From the IMG/VR virus record IMGVR_UViG_3300020406_000005, positions 10,633 to 74,632 of that record: DNA of 64,000 bases; one strand, given 5' to 3'. The notes under the pieces were generated by a model that did no database searches, was not told the origin of the DNA, and saw only the letters and a list, made by a program, of their open reading frames with translations. Every line of letters starts with the position of its first letter. The stretch's first letter is position 1. Position numbers and translations under genes: made by a program. This document shows, one piece after another, positions 1-8,811 of this stretch. The stretch comes from a virus.

Positions 1-193
1 CTGTTTCAGAGTCGAAATGTCCTATGACTTTACCCTCTGCGACAAGAGCAAATAAAGAGCATAAGTGTATACTAGCCTTTGGGTCATCAAAAATACCACT
101 ATGGTATGATTCAATAATTGCTCTCAGGATATTGACGCCCTGTGTCATTACTTTTCTTCTGACAAACTTTTCATCTAAAATTTCATTATCCAT
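1..193 (-). CDS. hypothetical protein, truncated by window edge
   Basis: ATG at 193 with GGAGG upstream; frame open to position 1 (MDNEILDEKFVRRKVMTQG...); not in ORF track. Confidence 0.6.
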   Translation of the reverse strand, partial: MDNEILDEKFVRRKVMTQGVNILRAIIESYHSGIFDDPKASIHLCSLFALVAEGKVIGHFDSET

Positions 194-198
194 GTACC

Positions 199-429
199 TT
201 ACCTCCAAAATGTGACGTATTCGCCAAAATGCTGATCAAGTGTGTGTACTAAACCATCATAATTGGTTAGTTTCATAACATCTTGAATGGCTTTAATTTT
301 ACTTTCAGAGTACCCAAGTTGACGCCCCCACATTCTTGCGTATCCTAGCAAAACAAAAGCATTGCCTTCTGGACCTGTGAGGTCAAGTTCTAGTTTTTTC
401 ATGGGCTTTTCAGATTTGCAACGAATCAC
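199..429 (-). CDS. hypothetical phage protein
   Basis: 76-aa ORF with GGAGGA RBS; DLTGPEGNAFVLLG segment. Confidence 0.7.
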   Translation of the reverse strand: MIRCKSEKPMKKLELDLTGPEGNAFVLLGYARMWGRQLGYSESKIKAIQDVMKLTNYDGLVHTLDQHFGEYVTFWR

Positions 430-504
430 TTATCCTCCTCCCGTGATAATAGAAAATAATGCCTTAATTGACATTATCAACATTACCAGTATAACAATAG
501 TCAT
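430..504 (-). CDS. putative 24-aa hydrophobic peptide
   Basis: MTIVILVMLIMSIKALFSIITGGG; TGATG-coupled to upstream ORF and fills the gap exactly. Confidence 0.4.
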   Translation of the reverse strand: MTIVILVMLIMSIKALFSIITGGG

Positions 505-719
505 CATAAATGTCCAGTAAAATTTTTGTTTTTTTCTTCTCTAAGTTTTGTCCATCTTTTCCTAGGGAACCAGCAAATGTTTCCAGAATTATCCAGCACC
601 AATAGGTCCTTGAGAGACTCCGAAACTTGCAACACTATACCCCAAGATAAAAGCTCTTCGTATGTCTCAGTGTTCGTTAAATAACAGGCGACAAGATCGC
701 CTTCTTTGAGTGCAACCAT
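504..719 (-). CDS. small SH3/KOW-like hypothetical protein
   Basis: LKEGDLV...WGIVLQV pattern. Confidence 0.6.
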   Translation of the reverse strand: MVALKEGDLVACYLTNTETYEELLSWGIVLQVSESLKDLLVLDNSGNICWFPRKRWTKLREEKNKNFTGHL

Positions 720-744
720 ATAATAATTATGTTCGCATCAATAA

Positions 745-1022
745 AAAATTTGGGATCTTGGGTCAGGCTGTCCTCACCGCCTTGACTTTCGCCAGCCTAT
801 GTCTTATTTTATTTTCTTTCACTCCCCTGGTTGTCCCTGCTTCTGTCACTCGGGCATTCAACCAAGTTTGTACTTGGACGCGGTTATAGACAATCGCGCC
901 TTATCCTATAATAGTATCCAAGTCCCACCAGTTGCCTCATCTTGCCACCTATCTTTCGATGCTCGTAAGCACATATGGAAAGCGAGGATTGACCAACCGG
1001 CACCGACACATATACGTGTCGG
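745..1022 (-). ncRNA. candidate structured non-coding RNA
   Basis: ~300-nt gap without a sense ORF; several stems (CCGACAC/GTGTCGG, ACTTGGA/TCCAAGT, AGGCTG/CAGCCT enclosing TGGC-GAAA-GTCA). Confidence 0.3.
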
Positions 1023-1025
1023 ATT

Positions 1026-2363
1026 TTAATCTATAACAACTACTCTCTCCTTGGTGGAAAAGTAAGCACTAGCATACTCTTTTGTGGTCATCCACATTCT
1101 CTGGCACTTGCTGGCCTTTGGCTTCGGTGCACACATATCAGTAAGTACAATGTGTCCATCAAAATTTTTGTCGTTTACATATTCAGTCGGGGCATTGAAA
1201 CAAGTGCCGCCGGTGAGCACTCGTTCAGGAGTTCTTGCTGAGTTCTTTGACCAAACAAAAACCTTATCCTCATCAACTCGGGTGTCAAATGGCACTACCG
1301 TAAACTCTGCAATTTCTGCCAGCTTGTTAAGCTCCGCGAAAAATAAAGCTAACATTGAATCACTCACTGACCCTGATTGGTCGATTGAAATAGCGATCTT
1401 GGCAACCCTGCTCGATTTTCTGCCAGGGTGGACATACGGATATCTGCGATTGATCCTCTTGATTGAAGAGCTTCTGTTTGCCTTCTGAGAAGATTTGATA
1501 AAATATCTTAGCACCTTTCTCCAATCGACCCTTGTCTCTAGGAGCTTCATCACTTTCTTCCTTGTCTCAGAAGAGACACTGCCCCACCTGTTGGAGGCAC
1601 TAGCCTCATTGGCTGCCTTGCGTACAACCTCTTTCAATCTCTCTTTCGCAATCTCCTTCACTTCCTGTGAGCAGTTTCCCCAACCTGAGTGGTCATCAAT
1701 AGAATCTGGAATTTCTGGTAATTCCTGATCGCCAGAGCCTGTCCCAGGGCTTTTATTCTCTTCAGAATCAGAATCTGATTTGGGACCTGTGTCAGCTTCA
1801 GAGCCGCCGTTGCCATCTTCGGGGTCATTCTGAGGATTGGGAGAGTCTTCCCCGCTGGACCCGGTGTCTCCCTCTTGAGAGGGGCCAGAACCAGACTTAG
1901 ATTGTCCTGCAAATTTTGGCATGTTTGCAAGATACCACTCCGCAGACTTACCAGAAGGTAAGTTTTCAAATGGCGTGCCTTTCTCTCCAGGGATTAAGCC
2001 ACCCTTTGGCAAGTTACGCAAATGAGAGTTAATCGCTAAGTCTGTCGCGATATTCCACAACTTCATGTTGATATCTTCTGGCATTCGACCTGTGACGTGC
2101 TCAAATATAACATGATAAAATTCATGCTTTAAGATATCTGATCTCTCCAAATCGCTTAGAGTGTCAAAAAATTTTGGATTGTACAGCATTTCAAATTGAG
2201 CCGTATCGGGATTAACCATAACGCCCGCGGTTGGAATCGCATAGCTGGCGCGCTTGTCAATTCTTCGGGAAATCGCCGCAAAGAAAGGCTCATCCATGAG
2301 CAGTCTCGCGGTGTTCATATTGAGGTCAAACTCCCTCTCTTCTTTCTTTGCGAGATCAGACAT
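1026..2363 (-). CDS. vWA-domain metallopeptidase-like protein (DUF2201-type), MoxR partner
   Basis: HEFYH (HExxH), NIATDLAIN, acidic Gly/Ser linker, C-terminal MIDAS DQSGS...GGT...LTD. Confidence 0.85.
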   Translation of the reverse strand: MSDLAKKEEREFDLNMNTARLLMDEPFFAAISRRIDKRASYAIPTAGVMVNPDTAQFEMLYNPKFFDTLSDLERSDILKHEFYHVIFEHVTGRMPEDINMKLWNIATDLAINSHLRNLPKGGLIPGEKGTPFENLPSGKSAEWYLANMPKFAGQSKSGSGPSQEGDTGSSGEDSPNPQNDPEDGNGGSEADTGPKSDSDSEENKSPGTGSGDQELPEIPDSIDDHSGWGNCSQEVKEIAKERLKEVVRKAANEASASNRWGSVSSETRKKVMKLLETRVDWRKVLRYFIKSSQKANRSSSIKRINRRYPYVHPGRKSSRVAKIAISIDQSGSVSDSMLALFFAELNKLAEIAEFTVVPFDTRVDEDKVFVWSKNSARTPERVLTGGTCFNAPTEYVNDKNFDGHIVLTDMCAPKPKASKCQRMWMTTKEYASAYFSTKERVVVID

Positions 2364-2367
2364 TTTA

Positions 2368-3429
2368 TTACTCCGACTCCTTACCGTTGATTAGTAGAAC
2401 AAAGTGCTTTGAAACAGACTGTCCGTCAACCTCTGACTTGTGTAGCTTCACAGTGTTGTTAACGTCACCCTTGCCCATAACTGTCCACAATTTCATTGCA
2501 ACTTCGGACGGCAACATGATGAAGTATCTTGCCAAGTTGTCAATCAAATCTTGACTAAGCTCGTTACCGAATGTCTCTTCCGCTTCAAACTTATCAATGA
2601 TTGCAGTGTGATCATTGATCCCAAAGTCTGCAACCTTGGCGAAGTTACCATGAACCAGAATATCTTCAGTTGTTACTTGCCTATCATAGTTGGCTATGAA
2701 GTCGTTGAAGGCGACAGCGGCCTCAAAGCCAACAAATGCAGCGGTCAAGTTGTACAGAGTGGGACTTGACTCGTCTAAAAGCCGACCCTTCTGCAGGCAC
2801 TCGTCGAGTCTTTCCCAAGATCTTCGAGAGGGATAAACTTTGTTTGGCTCAAAATCATCAGAATGCTCTAGGTGCAATCTGTTCTGATTGATAAAATTCC
2901 AGACTTCACTAGAAATTTTTGAATCAGTAGCCCAAGACAACCAGTCCTCAACACTAGGCTCGATATCAAAAACGGTCCACCTGTCAAGCTCGGCAGGATC
3001 CATTTCACCGACTTGATATTGTGATCCGTGCTCGCCACCATTCACTGCGGCAAAGATCAACGTGTCAGGGTGCAAAGTGTGACCATTCAGCTTGCGACTG
3101 TCTGTAAGCTCAAAGATGCCCTGCCTAACTTCAAGAGTAGCACGATCAACCTCGTCGAGGAACAGCACCACTGGCTTGTCACAAGCAGTCTTAAACCAGT
3201 CGGGAGGGTTAAACTTAGTAGAGTTTGCCTTAATTGAAGGCAGGCCCACCAAGTCACCTTCTGTCATTTGTGAGGCGCGGCGTTCAACAACATCCAACCC
3301 ATGTTGGTCTGCGTACTGGTATACCACGGTTGACTTACCGATACCATGACGACCTCGCAAAAGAACAGGCTTACGCACTGCGGTTACGTGATCAACAATT
3401 TGCGAAAAAGTAGCGAAATCAACAGCCAT
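2368..3429 (-). CDS. MoxR-like AAA+ ATPase
   Basis: Walker A GRHGIGKS, Walker B LFLDEVDR, FAAVN, MDPAELDRW, PSRRSW; adjacent to vWA gene. Confidence 0.9.
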   Translation of the reverse strand: MAVDFATFSQIVDHVTAVRKPVLLRGRHGIGKSTVVYQYADQHGLDVVERRASQMTEGDLVGLPSIKANSTKFNPPDWFKTACDKPVVLFLDEVDRATLEVRQGIFELTDSRKLNGHTLHPDTLIFAAVNGGEHGSQYQVGEMDPAELDRWTVFDIEPSVEDWLSWATDSKISSEVWNFINQNRLHLEHSDDFEPNKVYPSRRSWERLDECLQKGRLLDESSPTLYNLTAAFVGFEAAVAFNDFIANYDRQVTTEDILVHGNFAKVADFGINDHTAIIDKFEAEETFGNELSQDLIDNLARYFIMLPSEVAMKLWTVMGKGDVNNTVKLHKSEVDGQSVSKHFVLLINGKESE

Positions 3430-3478
3430 CTGAAATCTCCTTATGTTTGTTTGCTGTTAAGTTGTTCTATGTATAAAT

Positions 3479-3507
3479 AGTTTATCAAACTACATATAAT
3501 TTGTCAA
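3479..3507 (-). promoter_or_regulatory. sigma70-like promoter for MoxR/vWA operon
   Basis: TTGACA-17 nt-TAAACT. Confidence 0.65.
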
Positions 3508-3534
3508 GTTGTTTTAATAAAATTTTATTGTTCT

Positions 3535-4113
3535 TTATGCGGAAATTTGTGCAAGTTTTGTCAACGCGAAATTCCGGAGCCTCTCATCTGTACAAGATGC
3601 TGACAATTTTACTATAATTTCTTTGGGTGTATTCCTGTACTCGATTAATCGCTGGATTAAGCTCGATCGCTCCCAGCCTGATAGTTTATCAATAGACTCA
3701 TACAAGCCCTCCATAACAAAATTTGGAGTCTGTACGGCTCCTTTATGTTGTTCCCAAAAGCCGTGAGTCCAATATCGGGTGCCAGACAAGAAAACCTTCT
3801 GGAGGCGCCAGGGTGATCGTCGCAGCATTTTATCTGAAAAATTGTTCCAAAGAAACCCAATGTTTTCATATTCAAGGCGCGGGGTATCGGAATAGTGCCC
3901 ATACGCAATTAAATCACCCTTCATAACATAGCCAGGATGATCCCAGAGAATGTCTCTAGCCTTCTTGGAAAGGCCCTTATTGCAGCATAAATACTCTTTG
4001 GCCCTGCGATAGTGATGCTTCGCTATCTCAACTTGTATTTTCTCGGAAGTAAATCTATTTTTCGCAAGGCCAATCAGTTCACTGTTGGTCATGTACTTGA
4101 CGTTTTCGTGCAT
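3535..4113 (-). CDS. hypothetical helical protein
   Basis: 192-aa ORF with own promoter. Confidence 0.7.
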   Translation of the reverse strand: MHENVKYMTNSELIGLAKNRFTSEKIQVEIAKHHYRRAKEYLCCNKGLSKKARDILWDHPGYVMKGDLIAYGHYSDTPRLEYENIGFLWNNFSDKMLRRSPWRLQKVFLSGTRYWTHGFWEQHKGAVQTPNFVMEGLYESIDKLSGWERSSLIQRLIEYRNTPKEIIVKLSASCTDERLRNFALTKLAQISA

Positions 4114-4146
4114 ATTAAATTTCCTTTCATTTTTTTGTATATATAT

Positions 4147-4175
4147 ACTATAACAGAATCATTAAAAATTGTCAA
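4147..4175 (-). promoter_or_regulatory. sigma70-like promoter
   Basis: TTGACA-17 nt-TATAGT. Confidence 0.7.
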
Positions 4176-4408
4176 GAGTTTTTTGATAATAATTTCAACC
4201 ACTTAGTTCTTATCCATCTTGCGTCATTTGGCAAGTCAGAATTTAACAGCAGAACTTTGCAGTGGTATTCATCTGGATGGAAATGCCGGTCAGTGTCATA
4301 GTTGGGGTTTATCGCTTTCCTTTCCATAACAAGTCCAGTGAGTGACATCTTGCCAACTTCATATTCAACTAGATCACCGACATCAATTTTTTGCCTTACA
4401 CTTTTCAT
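4172..4408 (-). CDS. small SH3/KOW-like protein
   Basis: IDVGDLVEY...TGLVME...LKLL. Confidence 0.65.
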   Translation of the reverse strand: MKSVRQKIDVGDLVEYEVGKMSLTGLVMERKAINPNYDTDRHFHPDEYHCKVLLLNSDLPNDARWIRTKWLKLLSKNS

Positions 4409-4416
4409 GCTTTCTT

Positions 4417-4692
4417 TTACTGCTTCCGGCGACGGCTAGTCCCTCCGCTGTAACTGATGTGGATGAGACCTTCTCTCACAGCCTTGACAATTTTGTCTTT
4501 TTTTATCTTGTTGTCTCTTGATATATAGGCGCAGCCGCCAGTTCTTGGACCAGCGCAAATTGCATAATATACATATTTCGGTGTTACCTTATAAATAACT
4601 CCCGTGATTGAAGTCCTATCTTGATTGGTTGTTCTGTGGTTGTCATCGTGATAAAGCATATCGCCCACTCTAAAATTGTATATTTCCATCAA
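4417..4692 (-). CDS. small SH3/KOW-like protein
   Basis: FRVGDMLY...TGVIYKV. Confidence 0.6.
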   Translation of the reverse strand: MMEIYNFRVGDMLYHDDNHRTTNQDRTSITGVIYKVTPKYVYYAICAGPRTGGCAYISRDNKIKKDKIVKAVREGLIHISYSGGTSRRRKQ

Positions 4693-4894
4693 TTTTCCTC
4701 AACATTGTGTTTGGCATATCTAGTATTTTTGTATGACTTTGAGAAGATAAGAATACTCTACTCCAATTATCACCTACTGTTTTCAGTATAACAGCTTTTG
4801 GATAAAATTTCAAGCTATCAGGTCTCATAAAATGATCAGCATCAGCAACCACAACAACGTAATCACCAACCTCAAGTTGAGATTCATCAGTCAT
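4670..4894 (-). CDS. small SH3/KOW-like protein
   Basis: LEVGDYVVV...AVILKT...LRKI. Confidence 0.6.
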   Translation of the reverse strand: MTDESQLEVGDYVVVVADADHFMRPDSLKFYPKAVILKTVGDNWSRVFLSSQSHTKILDMPNTMLRKIDGNIQF

Positions 4895-5315
4895 AATAGT
4901 CGTCTATCCCGTCAAAAATGTCAAACCAGCCTATCCCAGAGCCTGAGCCGCTGTACGGACTATCACCAGGTGCATCTTGTGAAAAGATTTTAGATTTTTT
5001 TATTTTTTTTAAAGAAGAAAATTTTATTTTTGAATCATGCTTTTCTAATACACCCTCTACTTGAGCTGGCAAATAACTTGGATCCCCGTCTTGATATACC
5101 CGCAAGCGCTCGCCTTTGTCTAGGTACAAGGTCGGGTCACAAGATTTTATGATCGCATGCTCTATTACTTCTCTGGCTTTTAGCATTTTGAAGTTAGTCT
5201 TCATGCGACCTTCGATGATATTGGTCACTGGAACTCTGAATCTTCCACTGCTGTTTGCTTTAACGACAACCCTTTCACCCTTGTGGAGAAATGATATAGC
5301 TTTAATCGTATTCAT
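4887..5315 (-). CDS. hypothetical protein
   Basis: 142-aa ORF coupled to neighbours. Confidence 0.65.
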   Translation of the reverse strand: MNTIKAISFLHKGERVVVKANSSGRFRVPVTNIIEGRMKTNFKMLKAREVIEHAIIKSCDPTLYLDKGERLRVYQDGDPSYLPAQVEGVLEKHDSKIKFSSLKKIKKSKIFSQDAPGDSPYSGSGSGIGWFDIFDGIDDYYD

Positions 5316-5989
5316 TTTTTTAGCCCCCTTACTTTTTTGAGGTCCGATTCATGCGCAAAAATTGGCGATGCCTCATCAATAACTAGAACCTTATAGATCC
5401 TAGCTCCCTTTGCAGCGCGAGTAATTGGCAAAGCATCGACCTGAAGTATCATACAGACCTTATTTCTAACTCCGAGACGAGCGGATCTATTTGCATAAGA
5501 TCCCGGATCTCGATTTTTATTAGCAATATCTACCCTGTTGTTGGCCCTGATCTGTGCCATTTGCCCTACAGAAAATTTTTTTGGTTCATCGTATGCTGCT
5601 AATATTTTTTTAGCGTACTTGTTGTTGCACATTTTATTATACTCTGAGTATTCCAAAACATGATTTTCTGGACTGTTCAAAACCTTGTCTACAATGTTCC
5701 CATAATATCTGGGATACTGAACATCATAATACCTAGCGCAACGTAATGCTATTAGCCTGTGGTCGTCGGAATAATTATCTCTGAAATTCCTTTTGTCTAT
5801 CAGGGCCGATGCGCTGTATTTACTCACTAATCTCTTTAGATGAAAAACTTGACTCTCTGACAGTGAAGATCCTCTTTCTTTTTTGTTATTATGTTGCCAC
5901 AATAAAGATAAGAAAAATTGCCCATCGCCGGGCGCCAGTTCCTCTCTTACGGATTCCAAATAATCTAGCATCTCTTGGGCGGTGCTCAC
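5312..5989 (-). CDS. hypothetical protein with C-terminal SH3-like domain
   Basis: FSVGQMAQI...CMILQV...YKVLV...ESDLKKV. Confidence 0.7.
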   Translation of the reverse strand: MSTAQEMLDYLESVREELAPGDGQFFLSLLWQHNNKKERGSSLSESQVFHLKRLVSKYSASALIDKRNFRDNYSDDHRLIALRCARYYDVQYPRYYGNIVDKVLNSPENHVLEYSEYNKMCNNKYAKKILAAYDEPKKFSVGQMAQIRANNRVDIANKNRDPGSYANRSARLGVRNKVCMILQVDALPITRAAKGARIYKVLVIDEASPIFAHESDLKKVRGLKK

Positions 5990-6198
5990 AGTTCAACTAT
6001 CCTATCTTTTAAAGTGTAAGTCACGGAATCGTTACCTAATAGGAAAATCTTTACTAGGCACGACGTATACTCGGGTATGCCGTGGCCATCATCAAAAATG
6101 AGATCGTCAGGGTCAAGAGACCCCAAGTAAACAGCTTTGATAGGCTTAAGTTCTTTAGCGCTTTTCACACCAACAATTGAACCAACTTCAAATTTCAT
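5986..6198 (-). CDS. small SH3/KOW-like protein
   Basis: MKFEVGSIV; overlaps neighbours by 4 nt. Confidence 0.65.
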   Translation of the reverse strand: MKFEVGSIVGVKSAKELKPIKAVYLGSLDPDDLIFDDGHGIPEYTSCLVKIFLLGNDSVTYTLKDRIVEL

Positions 6199-6449
6199 TT
6201 CTTTTCCTTTACAAATTTTAAATCTCTACGCTCAAAAGTGATGCACCAGTCCCAATAAGCGCCACGGGTACTATAATTCCTTGCACCGGGGCCACTGTAA
6301 CTTCCCTTTTGAGAATTGCACCACAAAATTCTATAACTATCGTATGGATGTTCAGACTTAATGATCCCTATGTCTCCATCGCGGACCCAGCCCGTTCTCT
6401 TAACTTTTTTACCATACGCAGAGAGCGTAACTAAATCTCCAACTTTCAT
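6195..6449 (-). CDS. MKVGDLV-family small protein
   Basis: MKVGDLV...IGII...RRDLKFV. Confidence 0.7.
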   Translation of the reverse strand: MKVGDLVTLSAYGKKVKRTGWVRDGDIGIIKSEHPYDSYRILWCNSQKGSYSGPGARNYSTRGAYWDWCITFERRDLKFVKEKK

Positions 6450-6452
6450 ATC

Positions 6453-6680
6453 TTATGCTCCGCAACAATCTTCATACCATGTTTGACCATAGTGGTATGT
6501 TGGCCCTGTGTCGCCCTGCCAAAGTATTGATTTGCCACCAAGACAGGGGCCATGTATTGACTGGTTATAGCAACCAGGATCTTGATGCATCTTGACTAAA
6601 ACTCCAACTTGCTTAGTACCGTCTTCTCTTTTTCTATAAAGAGTCATACCAAGTTTAAAAGGTCCGCTTTCTTTAATCAT
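6453..6680 (-). CDS. small hypothetical protein
   Basis: FKLGMTL...VGVLV; ATGA coupling. Confidence 0.6.
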   Translation of the reverse strand: MIKESGPFKLGMTLYRKREDGTKQVGVLVKMHQDPGCYNQSIHGPCLGGKSILWQGDTGPTYHYGQTWYEDCCGA

Positions 6681-6877
6681 TTTATTACCTCAATAGTATT
6701 TGGTTTCTGAGCCATGAGATCTCCGTTCTGCCAAAAAACGAAGAACATATATGGTGTTTGTTCTATAACAATACCACATTTTCTAACATTTGTCAAGTCT
6801 TCCACTGATGGATGTGTGCAGAATTTATTATATACTTCTTCAACCTCTGTCCACTTTACAATATCACCGACTTTCAC
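6677..6877 (-). CDS. cassette mini-gene (MKVGDIV family)
   Basis: GTG start inside junction repeat; ends IEVIK. Confidence 0.75.
   Translation of the reverse strand: MKVGDIVKWTEVEEVYNKFCTHPSVEDLTNVRKCGIVIEQTPYMFFVFWQNGDLMAQKPNTIEVIK
6768..6796 (-). promoter_or_regulatory. sigma70-like promoter inside a cassette ORF
   Basis: TTGACA-17 nt-TATTGT with TG extension. Confidence 0.45.
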
Positions 6878-7064
6878 TGATTACCTCCGCTTGTGATTCC
6901 CATAGTGGACCTATCAAAGTGGGATGCGTTGGAGAGTACGTGCCCCACAAGACTTTGAACAATCTCATGCGAACGGGAGATGACGGCGGGCGAGGAAGTT
7001 CTACCAAGACAACACCAGTTCTTTCCATCCCCCAATTCTCTTTTACCAAGTCACCGACTTTCAT
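6864..7064 (-). CDS. cassette mini-gene (SH3/KOW-like)
   Basis: MKVGDLV...EVISESR. Confidence 0.75.
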   Translation of the reverse strand: MKVGDLVKENWGMERTGVVLVELPRPPSSPVRMRLFKVLWGTYSPTHPTLIGPLWESQAEVISESR

Positions 7065-7381
7065 GGTATCATATCCTTTCCAACTCCTATTCCTGCTCTA
7101 ACCATAAGCAACATCAAGGTTGAGCCAAGCGACATTGCAACGGCGGACACAGCACAAAGCTTAAGACGCACCTTTATGTCTTTTCGGTCTATAAAAAACA
7201 ACACTCCAGGCAGATTTAAGAAGGGCAAAGCCATTCCTAAAAATGCCTGAAGCACAATCCAGTCGTGAACAATAGCATAGCTATACCAATTAGCCCAGAA
7301 GTCGGTTATGAGAGCAAGAACGAACACGGTCACATACATATGTTCGTTCATCCAGTCCCAAATTTTGTCACCGACATTCAC
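7061..7381 (-). CDS. cassette-borne membrane protein (~3 TM)
   Basis: Starts in junction (MNVGDKI) followed by three hydrophobic segments. Confidence 0.75.
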   Translation of the reverse strand: MNVGDKIWDWMNEHMYVTVFVLALITDFWANWYSYAIVHDWIVLQAFLGMALPFLNLPGVLFFIDRKDIKVRLKLCAVSAVAMSLGSTLMLLMVRAGIGVGKDMIP

Positions 7382-7571
7382 TGACTACCTCCAGAATCCT
7401 TGTTTCGACGGGTGCAGGGTAGTCGTGTAGCCTAGCCCAAATTTTATCGTTTGGATCGTGGGCAGTATCCCAGAAAAAGACCGATTGGCTAACCGCTTTG
7501 ACAATAAATAAAGATTTTGGGGCGCTGTTAAATATTGAACAATTAAATTTTACTAAATCACCGGCTTTCAT
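7368..7571 (-). CDS. cassette mini-gene
   Basis: MKAGDLV...LEVVSECR. Confidence 0.75.
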   Translation of the reverse strand: MKAGDLVKFNCSIFNSAPKSLFIVKAVSQSVFFWDTAHDPNDKIWARLHDYPAPVETRILEVVSECR

Positions 7572-7761
7572 TGATAACCTCCAGGTTTCGTTCTTCGTGC
7601 CATAGTACGCTGGTGTGTGTGGTGTTCCACTTTACACATATATTTCTGTCTTCCTTAAACCTAAGAGAGCTTACCTCTAAAACTAGTCCAACATAGTCAT
7701 TATACACGCGGTCAGATATAAACTCACTCTTCTTATATCTGACCAAGTCACCAATCTTCAT
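7558..7761 (-). CDS. cassette mini-gene
   Basis: MKIGDLV...LEVINESR. Confidence 0.75.
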   Translation of the reverse strand: MKIGDLVRYKKSEFISDRVYNDYVGLVLEVSSLRFKEDRNICVKWNTTHTSVLWHEERNLEVINESR

Positions 7762-7936
7762 TGCTTAGGTTCTCCAGCATATTCGTTTGTGTCCACGCAA
7801 ACGCGTTGTCTTTCCAGTTTAACTTCTCCCATTTTACCCTGACCCTGAGTGGACTTATGACCTCTGTGATGATTCCATATCCATACTGTTCTGGATGACA
7901 TAGCGGGTTCATTCTTACCAGATCACCGACTTTCAT
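7748..7936 (-). CDS. cassette mini-gene
   Basis: MKVGDLV...LENLSNEDW. Confidence 0.75.
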   Translation of the reverse strand: MKVGDLVRMNPLCHPEQYGYGIITEVISPLRVRVKWEKLNWKDNAFAWTQTNMLENLSNEDW

Positions 7937-8141
7937 TTATTAACTCCAATGTTTCAATATCTCGAACAACTTTGATTGCCCCTCTTTCACTCTGCCTGAC
8001 AATATCCACAACAGGATGCACATCGCCATACATCACGCCAAGCTTATGGTTGTCTCGTGGTGTTGATTTTCTGATTTTAGATACAACCACACCAAGTCTG
8101 CCACCAGCCCAATCTTCTCTCACCAAGTCACCGACTTTCAC
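7923..8141 (-). CDS. cassette mini-gene
   Basis: MKVGDLV...LELINESR. Confidence 0.75.
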   Translation of the reverse strand: MKVGDLVREDWAGGRLGVVVSKIRKSTPRDNHKLGVMYGDVHPVVDIVRQSERGAIKVVRDIETLELINESR

Positions 8142-8298
8142 TGACTAACTCCAAATTCTTCTTTGCTGCTGGAATCTTACGACCGTCATCGCAAAACCTG
8201 ATGTTCAAGTGATGATGGCTTGGCTCTTCTACTATTATCGCCAGCCTGGTGTCGCGTTGGTTAAGCCACTTGCGTCTTACCAAGTCACCGACTTTCAC
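8128..8298 (-). CDS. cassette mini-gene (56 aa; start corrected to GTG 8298)
   Basis: GTG within junction after GAGG; MKVGDLV...LELVSESR. Confidence 0.75.
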   Translation of the reverse strand: MKVGDLVRRKWLNQRDTRLAIIVEEPSHHHLNIRFCDDGRKIPAAKKNLELVSESR

Positions 8299-8452
8299 TG
8301 ATAACCTCATAATCACTCATTCTTTCCCAAAAGACACTGCCCTCTTTATCAAAAATCAAAATATGCGGGACAATAGCGCGGTGATATTTGATCTTGAGGA
8401 CAATTCCTGACCAGTCTGACTTCCTGTTGTTTACCAAGTCACCGACCTTCAC
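8285..8452 (-). CDS. cassette mini-gene (55 aa; start corrected to GTG 8452)
   Basis: MKVGDLV...YEVISESR. Confidence 0.75.
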   Translation of the reverse strand: MKVGDLVNNRKSDWSGIVLKIKYHRAIVPHILIFDKEGSVFWERMSDYEVISESR

Positions 8453-8627
8453 TGATAACCTCCAAGGCTTTGTAAGACCATAATCTTTTACCGTGAGCCG
8501 TGACGACGTGGACGTCTGGGTTTGAGAATGGGCACCTCTCGTAACTTGGGCAGCTGCCATTGTAGCCAACACCTGTCACAATACCTGTATGCCCTTGTCC
8601 ATTTTTCACTAGATCACCGACTTTCAC
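8439..8627 (-). CDS. cassette mini-gene (62 aa; start corrected to GTG 8627)
   Basis: MKVGDLV...LEVISEGR. Confidence 0.75.
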   Translation of the reverse strand: MKVGDLVKNGQGHTGIVTGVGYNGSCPSYERCPFSNPDVHVVTAHGKRLWSYKALEVISEGR

Positions 8628-8811
8628 TGATAACCTCAAACTCACTTGGCTTGTGCAATTGTGGACTATATCCAGGGTACAAAATTTCTACCAGTGGGCC
8701 AGTCATTAGAAGCCCTGCTGCTTGCTTTGGACCTAGACAAAGAGCAACTGTACCTTGCTGATACGGTTCAATACGACCCCAACGCTTTATTACTAAGTCA
8801 CCGGACTTCAT
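8614..8811 (-). CDS. cassette mini-gene
   Basis: MKSGDLV...FEVISESR. Confidence 0.75.
   Translation of the reverse strand: MKSGDLVIKRWGRIEPYQQGTVALCLGPKQAAGLLMTGPLVEILYPGYSPQLHKPSEFEVISESR

Noticed and set aside
8128-8645. ORF-track starts at 8316, 8572 and 8645
   Set aside because: The GTG inside each junction has an SD and matches the family start; the longer versions overlap the upstream cassette.
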